A stretch of DNA of 25,345 nt from a virus (taxonomy: Duplodnaviria; Caudoviricetes). The stretch is from positions 1 to 25,345 of IMG/VR virus record IMGVR_UViG_3300032073_000226; one strand, written 5' to 3'. Positions 6,750-17,400 of this stretch are shown here, piece after piece (position 1 is the stretch's first letter; every line of letters starts with the position of its first letter). The translations under genes were made by a program, and so were the position numbers. The notes beneath the pieces are model-generated. The model did not search any database and was not told where the DNA came from. It saw only the letters and a program-made list of their open reading frames with translations.

Positions 6750-8734
6750 ATAAACTTAAAAAGATTGATGAAGCTTGGTTAAAAATAGACGTAGACGAAA
6801 AAACGCTATTTGACCCAACCTCTATACTTAATTCATCTGAAGATGATTTTCATCTAAAATTAACTTGGTTGATGACCAGACCAGAGTACTTTTCTTTTCT
6901 AGTCAAGCAAATATTCAATATACAACTTTTACCATCTCAAGCACTTATTCTATACGAGTTGTGGAACCGAAAGTTTCCTATGCTTATAGCAAGTCGTGGT
7001 TTTGGTAAATCCTTTATGCTATCTCTTTACTGTATGTTGAGAGCGCTCATACTTCCCGGTAGAAAAGTCGTGGTCGTAGGCGCTGCGTTTAGACAATCTA
7101 AAGTTCTTTTTGAGTATATGGAAACCATTTGGAACAATTCTCCAATTTTAAGGGACATATGTGATGGCAACTCTGGACCCCGTAGAGATGTTGATCGTTG
7201 CGTTATGCGTATTAATGATTCAAGGGTTACTTGCCTACCTCTTGGTGATGGGCAAAAAATTAGAGGACAAAGAGCTAACGATATTATTAGTGATGAATTT
7301 GCTTCCATACCTCGCGATATCTTTGAAACGGTTGTTGCAGGTTTTGCTGCCGTAAGCTCAGACCCTATCGAAAATGTTAAACGTTTAGCAGCAGAAAAGA
7401 AAGCGAAAGAATTAGGAATAGAGATAACTAATGAAGATGAAAATAAATTAGAAGATAAAGATAATCAGATTATTCTTTCTGGTACTGCATATTACGACTT
7501 TAATCACTTTGCTACATACTGGAAAAGATGGAAATCTATTATTAAAAGCAAAGGTCAAGAAAGCAAGCTAAGAGAAGTTTTTGGGGGAGAAGATGTCCCA
7601 GAGAATTTTGACTGGACAGAGTATTCAATTATGAGAATACCTTATGAACTATTGCCAGACGGTTTTATGGATGCCTCACAGGTCGCTAGATCTAAGGCGA
7701 CAGTTCATGCTGGTATTTATCAAATGGAATTTGGAGCAGTGTTTACACGCGACTCAGAGGGGTTCTTCAAGAGATCTTTGATAGAATCCTGCGTAGTGGA
7801 CGATAAAGAAACAACAAAAGACTCTAATGGTAACGATATTATCTTTGAAGCAAAACTAATGGGCGATCCAAACAAAAAGTATGTGTTTGGTGTTGACCCT
7901 GCTTCAGAGGTTGACAATTTTAGCATTATAATCCTAGAGATCAATCATGACCACAGGAGAATAGTTCACTGCTGGACCACAAATAGGTCTCAACACAAAG
8001 AAAAAGTTAAAAGAGGATACTCTACCGAGACTGATTTCTACTCTTACTGCGCTAGGAAAATACGAGATCTTATGAAATTGTTTCCGTGTTTACACATTGC
8101 TATGGATGCTCAAGGTGGAGGTATTGCTGTGATGGAGTCATTACACGACAAGGATAAGATACAAGAAGGAGAAATAGAGATATGGCCTGTAATTGATGAA
8201 GACAAACCTAAAGACACAGACGATCAAAGGGGATTGCATATACTAGAAATGTGCCAGTTTGCTAAGTACGATTGGCTTGCAGAGGCAAATCACGGTCTAA
8301 GAAAAGACCTAGAAGATCAAATTATATTATTTCCTAGATTTGACTCTGTAACAGTGGGTATATCAAATATTGACGATGGAATGAAAGGCAGAATGTATGA
8401 TACGCTAGAAGAATGCGTCATGGATATAGAAGAACTTAAAGATGAGTTATCTATGATACAAATGACCCAAACATCAAACGGCAGGGACAGGTGGGACACC
8501 CCAGAAGTTGTTGTTGCTGCTGGCAAAAAAAGTAAAATGAGAAAAGACAGATACTCGTCTTTAATAATGGCAAACATGGCGGCAAGAAAAATAGCAAGAA
8601 CTCCAACCCCAGAGGCATATGAATTCTTCGGAGGATTTGCAGGTTCTTTACCAAGTCAATCAAAACAGAAGGGTGATGGTAAGTTATACAACGGTCCAAA
8701 TTGGTTTACGGAAAACATGAAGGATATTTATTAA
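6746..8734 (+). CDS. terL: Terminase large subunit
   Basis: Walker A ASRGFGKS, Walker B IISDEF, motif GQKIRGQRA, RNase H-like nuclease FGVDPAS and C-terminal KDRYSS. Confidence 0.92.
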   Translation: MNKLKKIDEAWLKIDVDEKTLFDPTSILNSSEDDFHLKLTWLMTRPEYFSFLVKQIFNIQLLPSQALILYELWNRKFPMLIASRGFGKSFMLSLYCMLRALILPGRKVVVVGAAFRQSKVLFEYMETIWNNSPILRDICDGNSGPRRDVDRCVMRINDSRVTCLPLGDGQKIRGQRANDIISDEFASIPRDIFETVVAGFAAVSSDPIENVKRLAAEKKAKELGIEITNEDENKLEDKDNQIILSGTAYYDFNHFATYWKRWKSIIKSKGQESKLREVFGGEDVPENFDWTEYSIMRIPYELLPDGFMDASQVARSKATVHAGIYQMEFGAVFTRDSEGFFKRSLIESCVVDDKETTKDSNGNDIIFEAKLMGDPNKKYVFGVDPASEVDNFSIIILEINHDHRRIVHCWTTNRSQHKEKVKRGYSTETDFYSYCARKIRDLMKLFPCLHIAMDAQGGGIAVMESLHDKDKIQEGEIEIWPVIDEDKPKDTDDQRGLHILEMCQFAKYDWLAEANHGLRKDLEDQIILFPRFDSVTVGISNIDDGMKGRMYDTLEECVMDIEELKDELSMIQMTQTSNGRDRWDTPEVVVAAGKKSKMRKDRYSSLIMANMAARKIARTPTPEAYEFFGGFAGSLPSQSKQKGDGKLYNGPNWFTENMKDIY

Positions 8735-8737
8735 TTT

Positions 8738-8746
8738 GTGTATAAT
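8738..8746 (+). promoter_or_regulatory. Putative late promoter motif GTGTATAAT
   Basis: Intergenic between terL and the portal gene; the motif recurs before other structural genes. Confidence 0.6.
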
Positions 8747-8790
8747 ACAATAACAATCCGATTGCAATCCAAATACCAAAAAGGAACCCG

Positions 8791-10806
8791 ATGAATAAAG
8801 ATAAATCTTTGATAACTTGGAATGATTCTGATGCTTCAAGTAAAGCGATTGCGTTTGACCAGTTCGCAAAAGCAGGGGAAGATTACGCAGGCATAACCAA
8901 AGCTAATCATCTTAGAGATTTTAAAGACATAGAGACAAACAGATCTGTTCGTCCGGGTTTTAGAACATCTGATTATCACGCATTTAGACCAGAAGAACGA
9001 GTTCCTTACAGGCAAAAACGCGCTATAAAAATGTGCATGGATGCCTACGAAAAGGTTGGAATTATTAGAAATGTAATTGACCTTATGGGTGATTTTGGAT
9101 GCCAAGGCATAAACATAGTACACGAAAACAAAAGTGTAGAAAAGTTTTATCAACAATGGTTTAAAAAATGCAGCGGCAAAGAAAGGTCAGAAAGGTTTCT
9201 CAACTTACTATATAGATCTGGTCAAGTTCCTGTGTACAGAAGTTATGCTAACCTGACACCAGAAGTTGTAAAGTATGTAAAATCAATCGGTCAAGATATA
9301 ACCGTAGAAGTACCCAGTTTTGAAAAAAATCAAATACCTTGGCGATACAATTTCTTTAACCCAGTATCGCTTGATATTAAAGATAGTAACATAAATTTAT
9401 TCTTAGGTACGAAAAATTTCGAGATATCACCTTCAAGTTTTCTGGACAACTTTAAAGACGGCTCTATCCCCGCCCACATGCTAGATACCCTTCCGGTAGA
9501 TATAAAACAAAGGATTAAGAACGGAGAAAGAAAAATAACATTAGACCCAGAAAGACTTTCTATGTTTTACTACAAGAAAGATGATTGGTCTAACTGGGCA
9601 AACCCCTTGATCTACGCAATACTTGACGATGTTATAATGTTAGAAAAAATGAGACTTGCTGACTTATCTGCTTTAGATGGAGCAATCTCAAATATCAGAC
9701 TATGGACCCTTGGTAACCTAGATCATAAAATTCTACCAAACAAAGCTGCTATTAATAAACTTAGAGACATATTAGCAAGTAATGTTGGTGGAGGTACTAT
9801 GGAGTTAGTGTGGGGTCCAGAACTTTCTTACACAGAGTCAAATAGTCAAGTGTACAAGTTTTTGGGTTCAGAAAAGTACAACTCTGTCTTGAATAGTATT
9901 TATGCTGGTTTGGGCGTTCCTCCTACTCTTACGGGCATGGCAGGAAATGGCGGCGGGTTTACAAATAACTTTATATCGCTTAAAACTCTTGTAGAAAGAT
10001 TGCAATACGGTAGAGATCAACTAACCGCATTCTGGGAGAAGGAATGCGAAATAGTGCGGAAGGCAATGGGTTTCAGAAAGTCTCCACACATAATGTACGA
10101 TCAAATGAGTCTATCTGACGAGTCTTCTGAGAAAAACCTATTAATACAACTTGCTGATAGAGATATTATATCACATGAGACAGTACTTGAAAGATTTAAA
10201 GAAGTTCCTTCGGTCGAGAAAATGAGATTAAAGAGAGAGGATAAATCTAGAGACTTAGATAACTTGCCGGAAAAAGCTAGTCCATTCCATAACCCTAATC
10301 ATGGGCAAGAACTTGAAAAGATAGACAAGCAAGCAAAAATTAATGAAAAAGTAGCGGACAAAAAAGAATCTCAAAAACCCATCAACCCTAACGGACGACC
10401 TCCAGCGAAAACTGATGAGGGACCAAGGAAGAAAAGAGTGGAAACGCCAAGGTCAAAACCCGGAGTTGCTGAACTAATAGTATGGGCAAATGCTTCCTTT
10501 GACAAGATATCTGAAATAACAAACGAGGCGTACTTGTCTGTAAAATCAAAAAAGAACATGCGATCTTTAAATAAAGCAGAAGCAAAAGAGTTAGAAGAGT
10601 TAAAGATACATGTCCTATCTAATCTACAACCTATGTCCGAGGTAAATGTTGATAACGTTAGAAAGGTTATAGGTTCTACAAGAAAAATGCCTGAAAAACT
10701 CAAAAATCAACTTGACAAACTAAATATCAATTTAGAAAACATGAACATGGAAAATTTTAGAAGACATGCTATTTCATGTTATGTGGAGTGTTTTTTAGGC
10801 AGTTAA
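8791..10806 (+). CDS. Portal protein (putative)
   Basis: 671 aa between TerL and the protease. Helical, with portal-like segments IYAGLGVPPTL and IISHETVLE and a charged C-terminal NGRPP tail. Confidence 0.75.
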   Translation: MNKDKSLITWNDSDASSKAIAFDQFAKAGEDYAGITKANHLRDFKDIETNRSVRPGFRTSDYHAFRPEERVPYRQKRAIKMCMDAYEKVGIIRNVIDLMGDFGCQGINIVHENKSVEKFYQQWFKKCSGKERSERFLNLLYRSGQVPVYRSYANLTPEVVKYVKSIGQDITVEVPSFEKNQIPWRYNFFNPVSLDIKDSNINLFLGTKNFEISPSSFLDNFKDGSIPAHMLDTLPVDIKQRIKNGERKITLDPERLSMFYYKKDDWSNWANPLIYAILDDVIMLEKMRLADLSALDGAISNIRLWTLGNLDHKILPNKAAINKLRDILASNVGGGTMELVWGPELSYTESNSQVYKFLGSEKYNSVLNSIYAGLGVPPTLTGMAGNGGGFTNNFISLKTLVERLQYGRDQLTAFWEKECEIVRKAMGFRKSPHIMYDQMSLSDESSEKNLLIQLADRDIISHETVLERFKEVPSVEKMRLKREDKSRDLDNLPEKASPFHNPNHGQELEKIDKQAKINEKVADKKESQKPINPNGRPPAKTDEGPRKKRVETPRSKPGVAELIVWANASFDKISEITNEAYLSVKSKKNMRSLNKAEAKELEELKIHVLSNLQPMSEVNVDNVRKVIGSTRKMPEKLKNQLDKLNINLENMNMENFRRHAISCYVECFLGS

Positions 10807-10835
10807 TCTTGTTTTTTTAAAAAATTATAATTTTT

Positions 10836-10844
10836 GTGTATACT
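10836..10844 (+). promoter_or_regulatory. Putative late promoter motif GTGTATACT
   Basis: Intergenic, followed by SD GAGGTG and the protease-scaffold ATG. Confidence 0.6.
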
Positions 10845-10861
10845 AATTGTAGAGGTGATAC

Positions 10862-12316
10862 ATGACAATAAAAATATTCCAAAACGAAATAAATGACGGC
10901 ATTGGCGAACTCGTAAAGAGTACGGCTAGTGTTGCATACTGCGCTGAAGCAACAATCCAAAAGGAAATTCCTGAAGAGATTGTTATAAAAGCAATTGCCG
11001 AAAACAAAGACCAAATCGACCTCTATTACTTAGAGTCTGTTTTAGTGTCTTGCGGTTGGAACAAAAACGACGATGTGTTCATGCCAGAGGCGACTTGGGC
11101 AGCACGTAGCACCCCAGAAGATAAACAATTTAACTTTATGCACGATGAAAACGATATCATTGGGCATATTACCGGTAGTTATGTTTTAGGTAAAGATGGC
11201 AAAGCTGTTTCTGACGAACAGGAAATGCCAGAAGACTTCGATATAATTACTCAAGCAGTTCTTTACAACAGTTGGACTAACAGCGAAAATAAAGAACGAA
11301 TGGACAAAATTATAGCAGAGATAGAAGAAGGCAAATGGTATGTTTCTATGGAATGCCTATTTGCTGGATTTGATTATGCTCTGTCAAACGAAGACGGTTT
11401 GAAGAAGGTTCTAGCGAGAGATGAAGAATCTTCTTTCTTAACAAAACATCTTAGATCTTACGGCGGTAGCGGTGAGTATCAAGGTTATAAAATTGGTAGA
11501 GCGCTAAAGAACATTGCCTTTTCGGGTAAGGGTCTTGTCTCTAAACCAGCCAATCCACGAAGTGTAATTTTAAAAAGTGTAGCTTTTAATTTAGATGGCG
11601 ACTCTCAATTCGATATAGGAGAATTTAATATGTCAGATAATGTACTTGAAAAGCAATTAGCAGAAGTTCGTGAAGAACTTGTTTCTGCTAAGGCTGAAAA
11701 CGAAGCTATCAAGGCTAAGATTGAAGAAGCAAAAGACAAAGAGTTTGCTTCTAAGGTAGAAGCTTTTGAGGCAACCGTAGAAGAAAAAGATGCAAGCATT
11801 GCAGAACTTGAAGAGAATATCAAAAGTTCACAAGCTCGTATCGCTGAGTTGGAAGATACCCTTGCTAAGTCGCAAGAAGAACTTACTGTCGCCATGAAAG
11901 AAATGGACGACATGAAGAAAAAAGAAAAAGCCAAGAAAAGAGTTGCTGCTCTCGTAGAGGCTGGTTTCGATCAAGAAGAAGCAGAAGAAACACTTGCTGC
12001 TTTTGAAAGTGTAAATGACGAGTCTTTCGATGTTATCGTTGCAAAAATGGTAGAAAAAGCAAAGAAAGACAAAAAAGAGGACGAAGCTGAAGCAGCGATG
12101 CCTCCAGCGCTTAAAGAAGCAATCGAAAAGAAGAAAAAAGAGAAAGAAGCAAAAGCTGATGAAGAGGCTGAAGCTGAAGTAACTCCAGAACTTCTTGAAG
12201 ATGTCGAAACTTCTGAAGCAACTTTAATTGATGCTACGGAGCAAGTAGACGAAGTAGAATCAACAAGAGCTAGCATTTCTGACTGGCTTTCAAATAACGT
12301 ACTTTCAACTAAGTAA
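10862..12316 (+). CDS. Prohead maturation protease fused to a coiled-coil scaffold
   Basis: N-terminal NKNDDVF, MHD..DIIGHI (His) and VSMEC (Ser) as in phage prohead proteases; C-terminal half is an E/K/A-rich coiled coil. Lies between portal and capsid genes. Confidence 0.75.
   Translation: MTIKIFQNEINDGIGELVKSTASVAYCAEATIQKEIPEEIVIKAIAENKDQIDLYYLESVLVSCGWNKNDDVFMPEATWAARSTPEDKQFNFMHDENDIIGHITGSYVLGKDGKAVSDEQEMPEDFDIITQAVLYNSWTNSENKERMDKIIAEIEEGKWYVSMECLFAGFDYALSNEDGLKKVLARDEESSFLTKHLRSYGGSGEYQGYKIGRALKNIAFSGKGLVSKPANPRSVILKSVAFNLDGDSQFDIGEFNMSDNVLEKQLAEVREELVSAKAENEAIKAKIEEAKDKEFASKVEAFEATVEEKDASIAELEENIKSSQARIAELEDTLAKSQEELTVAMKEMDDMKKKEKAKKRVAALVEAGFDQEEAEETLAAFESVNDESFDVIVAKMVEKAKKDKKEDEAEAAMPPALKEAIEKKKKEKEAKADEEAEAEVTPELLEDVETSEATLIDATEQVDEVESTRASISDWLSNNVLSTK
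11630..12316 (+). CDS. Nested in-frame scaffolding protein (internal start)
   Basis: SD AGGAGA at 11617-11622 precedes an in-frame ATG (Met257, MSDNVLEKQL...) exactly where the coiled coil begins. Confidence 0.6.
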   Translation: MSDNVLEKQLAEVREELVSAKAENEAIKAKIEEAKDKEFASKVEAFEATVEEKDASIAELEENIKSSQARIAELEDTLAKSQEELTVAMKEMDDMKKKEKAKKRVAALVEAGFDQEEAEETLAAFESVNDESFDVIVAKMVEKAKKDKKEDEAEAAMPPALKEAIEKKKKEKEAKADEEAEAEVTPELLEDVETSEATLIDATEQVDEVESTRASISDWLSNNVLSTK

Positions 12317-12336
12317 TCATAATAGGAGATTTAACT

Positions 12337-12822
12337 ATGGCTCTCAAAGCAGATAGATATGAAGAATCAACAGACATCAGCTTCTTTTATGATGCTGGTA
12401 CTGCAACTCGCGGTGGCGCAGTTGCTCTTGACGCAGCTAATGCTTCAGGTGCAGCAATGGACCAAGGTGAGAACAAAGTTGCTTATGTAGCGGCAACAAA
12501 GAATAGCGTTCCGGTTGGAATTTTGCTTAACGATGTGGTTAATAAAGACCTAACAAGAACTCACCTTAATCAATATAAGGATGAAGTTCAAAAGGGCGGT
12601 AAGGTTACTGTGCTTACCCGTGGTTGGGTTGTCACAAATAACATCACTGGTAATCCCGGTGCTGGTGACATTGCATATCTTGACGAGACCACAGCAGGTA
12701 ACGTCGGAAATGCAACTGACCTCAGTTACTCTTCTGGAGTAATGGCAGTTGGTCGTTTCATGACCAATCAAGACGCAGATGGTTATGCTAAACTTTACGT
12801 CAATCTTCCAAACCTTGGTTAA
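12337..12822 (+). CDS. Capsid decoration/cement protein (putative)
   Basis: 161 aa, G/A/V-rich beta pattern (PVGILLNDV, GKVTVL..G, GDIAYL, VGRF), directly before the MCP; strong AGGAGA SD. Confidence 0.6.
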   Translation: MALKADRYEESTDISFFYDAGTATRGGAVALDAANASGAAMDQGENKVAYVAATKNSVPVGILLNDVVNKDLTRTHLNQYKDEVQKGGKVTVLTRGWVVTNNITGNPGAGDIAYLDETTAGNVGNATDLSYSSGVMAVGRFMTNQDADGYAKLYVNLPNLG

Positions 12823-12845
12823 TAAATAAACAGGAGATAATTATA

Positions 12846-13853
12846 ATGTCATATACAGAAAGACCTAGCGAAGAATTTATTTCAGTACTTCGCAAATGCG
12901 GTGACTCCGATATGGAAGTCGCCCTTGCAGCACAAAGAGAATTTGCCAAGGCTTTGGAACTTCCTCTGCGTAAAGGCGTTCTTATCGGAAATATCCTCGG
13001 TAATATTTTCGAGACTATCAATGTAGAACCGGGCGGAAGCACTGAGTATCCTCTCGATTTGCTTTCTCCGGGACTTGAGGGTGAGCATGTTGCTTACACT
13101 AATCCGGGTCATGGTCGCGTTCCTGAGCGCGCAGTCGAAAGCGATTACGTCATGATTCCAACGTACAGCATTGCAAGTAGCATCGACTTCTTGCTCCGCT
13201 ATGCTCGCGAAGCACGTTGGGACATTACTGCTCGCGCTATGCAGGTTCTTGAGGCAGGTTTTGTCAAGAAGATGAACGATGACGGTTGGCACACACTTTT
13301 GGCTGCTGGCGTTGATCGTAACATCTTGGTTTATGATGGTGACGCAACTGCTGGCATGTTCTCAAAGAGACTTGTCAGCTTGCTTCAAACTGTCATGCGC
13401 AGAAACGCTGGTGGTAACACCGGAAGTGGAGATCGTGGTCGCTTGACAGACCTTTACGTTTCTCCAGAAGCGCTTGAAGATGTTCGCAACTGGGGTTTTG
13501 ATCAGGTTTCTGATGCAACCAGAACTGCGATCTACAATGCTGGTGGAGATGGCGCTCCTATCACCAATATCTTTGGTGTAAATCTTCACGACCTTGACGA
13601 ACTCGGAGAAGGTCAAGAGTATCAAACTTTCTTTGAGAATGGTCTTGGCGGTTCTGTCCAAGGAAGTGACTCAGAACTTGTTGTTGGTCTTGACCAAGGT
13701 GCAAACGACAGTTTCGTTATGCCAATGAAGCAGCAAGTTTCTATTCACGAAGATCCTACCCTCCATCGTCAGCAGAGAGTTGGTTGGTACGGTTTCGCTG
13801 AACTTGGTTTCGGTGTCCTTGATAACCGTAGAGTTATTCTCGGAAGCTTCTAA
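12846..13853 (+). CDS. Major capsid protein (HK97 fold, putative)
   Basis: 335 aa at the end of the head module, strong SD, codon usage visibly shifted (CGT/CGC, CTT), followed by a terminator. C-terminal VGWYGFAELGFGVLDNRRV. Confidence 0.8.
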   Translation: MSYTERPSEEFISVLRKCGDSDMEVALAAQREFAKALELPLRKGVLIGNILGNIFETINVEPGGSTEYPLDLLSPGLEGEHVAYTNPGHGRVPERAVESDYVMIPTYSIASSIDFLLRYAREARWDITARAMQVLEAGFVKKMNDDGWHTLLAAGVDRNILVYDGDATAGMFSKRLVSLLQTVMRRNAGGNTGSGDRGRLTDLYVSPEALEDVRNWGFDQVSDATRTAIYNAGGDGAPITNIFGVNLHDLDELGEGQEYQTFFENGLGGSVQGSDSELVVGLDQGANDSFVMPMKQQVSIHEDPTLHRQQRVGWYGFAELGFGVLDNRRVILGSF

Positions 13854-13880
13854 TTATACTAGTAATTTAGTATATCTAAT

Positions 13881-13917
13881 GGAAAGGTGGTTCAAAAGAA
13901 TCGCCTTTCCTTTTTTT
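13881..13917 (+). terminator. Rho-independent terminator
   Basis: GGAAAGGTGGTTC-AAAA-GAATCGCCTTTCC stem-loop followed by a T7 run. Confidence 0.9.
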
Positions 13918-13935
13918 ATGTCTACGCAAATAAAT

Positions 13936-13944
13936 GTGTATAGT
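13936..13944 (+). promoter_or_regulatory. Putative late promoter motif GTGTATAGT
   Basis: Immediately after the terminator and before the next gene (SD AGGAG), where re-initiation is required. Confidence 0.65.
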
Positions 13945-13987
13945 AATATATACATGTATGTTTAGGACTTGTTTTTAGGAGCAAAAT

Positions 13988-14479
13988 ATGTCAGCACTAT
14001 CAGATTATGTAGAATCTGGTTTACTAGACCATATCTTTCGTGGGGGTTCTTTCCCCAAACCATCTTATTTGTCAATTGCACTGTGTAGCGGTACACCTTT
14101 AGACAATCAATCTGGCGTTGATATGGGAGAATTACCACAATTTTACAGCGACGGCACAACATCAACAGGTTACGAAAGAATTCAAATTGGTCCCCCTGCG
14201 GATTCTGGAGATTCTTTTTGGAAATTTTACGAAGAAGATTATAATGTCGGCAGCGGCGTTATTAAGAATTGCGATAAAATTATTTGGAATACATCCACAA
14301 AAGATCCAGCAAATACAGACTTTGGGTGGGGATGGGTTTCTGGAATAGCAATAATGGATGATCACCGAGTTGGATCTGGAAATATAATAATGAGAGCTCA
14401 ACTGGACAACCCAAGGATAGTTTATGCGGGTGACACATTAATGTTTGATGCGGAAAAACTTCTCGTTAGCTTTAAATAA
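13988..14479 (+). CDS. Virion structural (tail/fibre-associated) protein
   Basis: MSALSDYVESGLLDHIFRG...LSIAL...GYERI...WGWVSGIAIMD...GN...L..PRIV..GD...F is a pattern widespread in phage structural proteins. Confidence 0.65.
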   Translation: MSALSDYVESGLLDHIFRGGSFPKPSYLSIALCSGTPLDNQSGVDMGELPQFYSDGTTSTGYERIQIGPPADSGDSFWKFYEEDYNVGSGVIKNCDKIIWNTSTKDPANTDFGWGWVSGIAIMDDHRVGSGNIIMRAQLDNPRIVYAGDTLMFDAEKLLVSFK

Positions 14480-14487
14480 GGTCCAAA

Positions 14488-17400
14488 ATGACTATTAGAT
14501 CTAGAGACGAATTTCAAAACCTAATAAATTCTCTACTGCCAGACAATACTTCTAGAGAAATATCGCCAGAAGATATGAGGTCAGTATTCACTGATCTTGC
14601 AGATTCTATTGGTTCTTTCTTGGCAAAGCAAGAAATTGTTTCGTTAAATTTTGCTACGCCAGACACTAGGACTACAATAGCAGGCGAAGATGCGCTAAAA
14701 CAAATAGGACTAGTAGGAAGATCTTCAATAGACAACTCTGCCCTAGGTTATGGCGCACTACAGTTTAGTTACACTGGAGAGAGAAATACCGCAGTAGGTT
14801 CTGAAAGTCTAAAGTTTTTGTCTTTAGGTCATGACAATGTTGCCATAGGTAAAGACACTCTTTGCGCAACGACTGCCGGCTCTGGTAATGTTGCACTAGG
14901 AAACTTTGCTTTACAAAAAAATAAAAGAGGTGACTTCAATATCGCTATAGGTTATGGCGCTGGTCACTATGTAGATGACAATTCAAGTTTTAAACTTTAC
15001 TTAGGTTCTTTTCCTGACGCCTCCGGGGATTGCGACACCACATACGATCAAGGTAAACCGCCCCTCATTTATGGCGATCTACTAAATAATCAACTTGGTA
15101 TAGGTGTCAAGTCTTTTCATAATGACACTACTGCGCTTCAGGTTTCAGGCAGCATAATACCTCACGAAAGTGGAGGTTCTTTTTCTTTAGGTAGCGGTTC
15201 TTACACTTGGGATGCCTACCTTAATAATGTTTATATTTCTGGTGAATTAAATTATCCTCTTGCTTGGGATTTCAATGTAACAGATGGTGCAGTCGCCCCC
15301 AATCTCGTTGCAAGTGGAGACACTATTCATATAAGCGGTGTTAGTGGAATAAAAACTGAATTCCTAGACCTAAATGAAAATAAGTATGTATTTATATCAG
15401 CAAGTCCAATTTCGGGTTGGGCGGAATCAAACTTAAACTCTATATCTGGAGACAACGGTCTATTACACAGTATTTCTGGTTATCCAAATGGTTTAATTTA
15501 TCAAACCAGCGGTTCACTTGCTAGTGAAATTAATGCTGTTTCAGGTGTCGGTGGTCAAATAGACCAAGTTAGTGGTTGGTCACAATATAATTTCTCTGCT
15601 ATAAGCGGGTTTCCAAACGGTCTATTATATCAGAGTAGTGGATCTCTTGCTAGTGAGATAAACTCAGTATCTGGCGTGGGAGGTGTTATCGACCAAGTTT
15701 CTGGTTATCTAGCCAATTACCCTCAAGGTTTAATATATCTTGTTAGCGGTTGGAATAAGGGGTATACAGACGCACAAGTGGGCGCTGCTGGTGGTTATAC
15801 TTTCTGGGAATTAGAAGGTCAATATGGTGCATCTGGTCAAGTTCAACACTCAAACACTGTAGTTATAAGTGGTATAAGCGGCGTAGAAACAGAACTTCAT
15901 GGCGCGGACCCCGGAAACTTCTATAATCTTGTTATTAATGCTGCCCCAGTTTCTGGTTATGTAGATGACAGAGAAGCCGCTCTAACTACTTTAATAAGCA
16001 CCAACTCTAACGATATCGACGATATTACAGATGTAAGATTACCACAAATTTCTGGTTTTCCCAATGGTTTATTGTACTTAGCGAGTGGTTCGCTTGCTAG
16101 TGAAATAAATGATGTTTCTGGTGTTGGCGGGCAAATAGATTCTGTCAGTGGTTGGACTTATGATAACCTAAACCTTCTTTCTGGAATTCATGATGGTCCA
16201 CTCTGGGGAGGTAAACCTTCCGGTTTGATATTCCAAGTCAGTGGATTCTTGAAATATTATATAGACAATAAAGACTTAACTGCCGGTGGTTATAACCACT
16301 GGAAAGTTGAGACCATAGATGATTACGACACAACAAGATCTTCCTTCAACGTTGACTCAAGAGATACAGTATTATTTTCTGGTGTTGACGGTATTTCCAT
16401 TAGTGGTTACGAAGACTCTAGTTTAAATACAGTTGAGATAAGTGCATCTCCTATTTCTGGATATCTTGAGTCTAGACTTGCATCTATTATTGAAGATGTA
16501 GATACAAACACAGAAGTTAATAGTAGTCAAGCGACTTCTATTACTGACCTTGAGGGGAATATAGCGTCAACAGGTAGTACGCTTCTAAAAGAGATAGACA
16601 CAATCAGTGGTGTAAACGGAACACTAAAACAAACAAGTGGAAATTTAAATAATACAATATCATCTGTATCTGGTTATCTAAGTAATTATCCAGAAGGTTT
16701 AATTTACTTGGTCAGCGGTTGGAATAAACAATATACCGATACTCAAGTAGACTTTAATGTATCTGAAGATGGTTATGGTTACTGGAGAATTGGTGACGCA
16801 ACAACCACTAACTATCAAATTGGATCGACTGATAAATTAAATGCAATTGGTAAAGATGGAATTTCCACACAAGTAAGACAAAGTGCCGGTATAAACTACT
16901 TAGATATCTCTGCCTCTCCTTTATCTGGACTAATGGTAGATGACCTTAATAGCATCTCTGGTATCGGCGGTATAATAGATGAAAGAATAAAAAATGCTGG
17001 TGGGGATGGAACTTTCTTTGCTTGGATTCTTTCTGACTCAGTTAGAGAGTCTCAAATCCAAGGTACTGACAAGGCAAAGTTTGTTGGAATTTCTGGTATA
17101 GAAACTTTCTTGGAAGTAGAAAACGACAAAGTTCTAATATCCGCACATCCTCTTTCTGGATACCTTGACTCTAGAATTGATGGAATATCTTCTCAGCTTG
17201 ATTGTATAAAAGGTGTAAACTGCCCAGATTCAAACACAGAGTGTTGCAATAATGTTAGCGGTTGGGCGCAAACCAATCTCAACATCCTGAGCGGTATTGC
17301 TCCTACGGTCTACGGTCCAAGTGGATTAATCTGGAGTGTAAGTGGTTACAATAAATCGTACACTGACGAGCAAATTCAAGGTCTGTCTATTTCTTCTGAT

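Noticed and set aside
6746-8734. Intein or intron in the terminase
   Set aside because: The ORF is continuous with ATPase and nuclease motifs at plausible spacing, and no splice-junction or LAGLIDADG motifs were seen.
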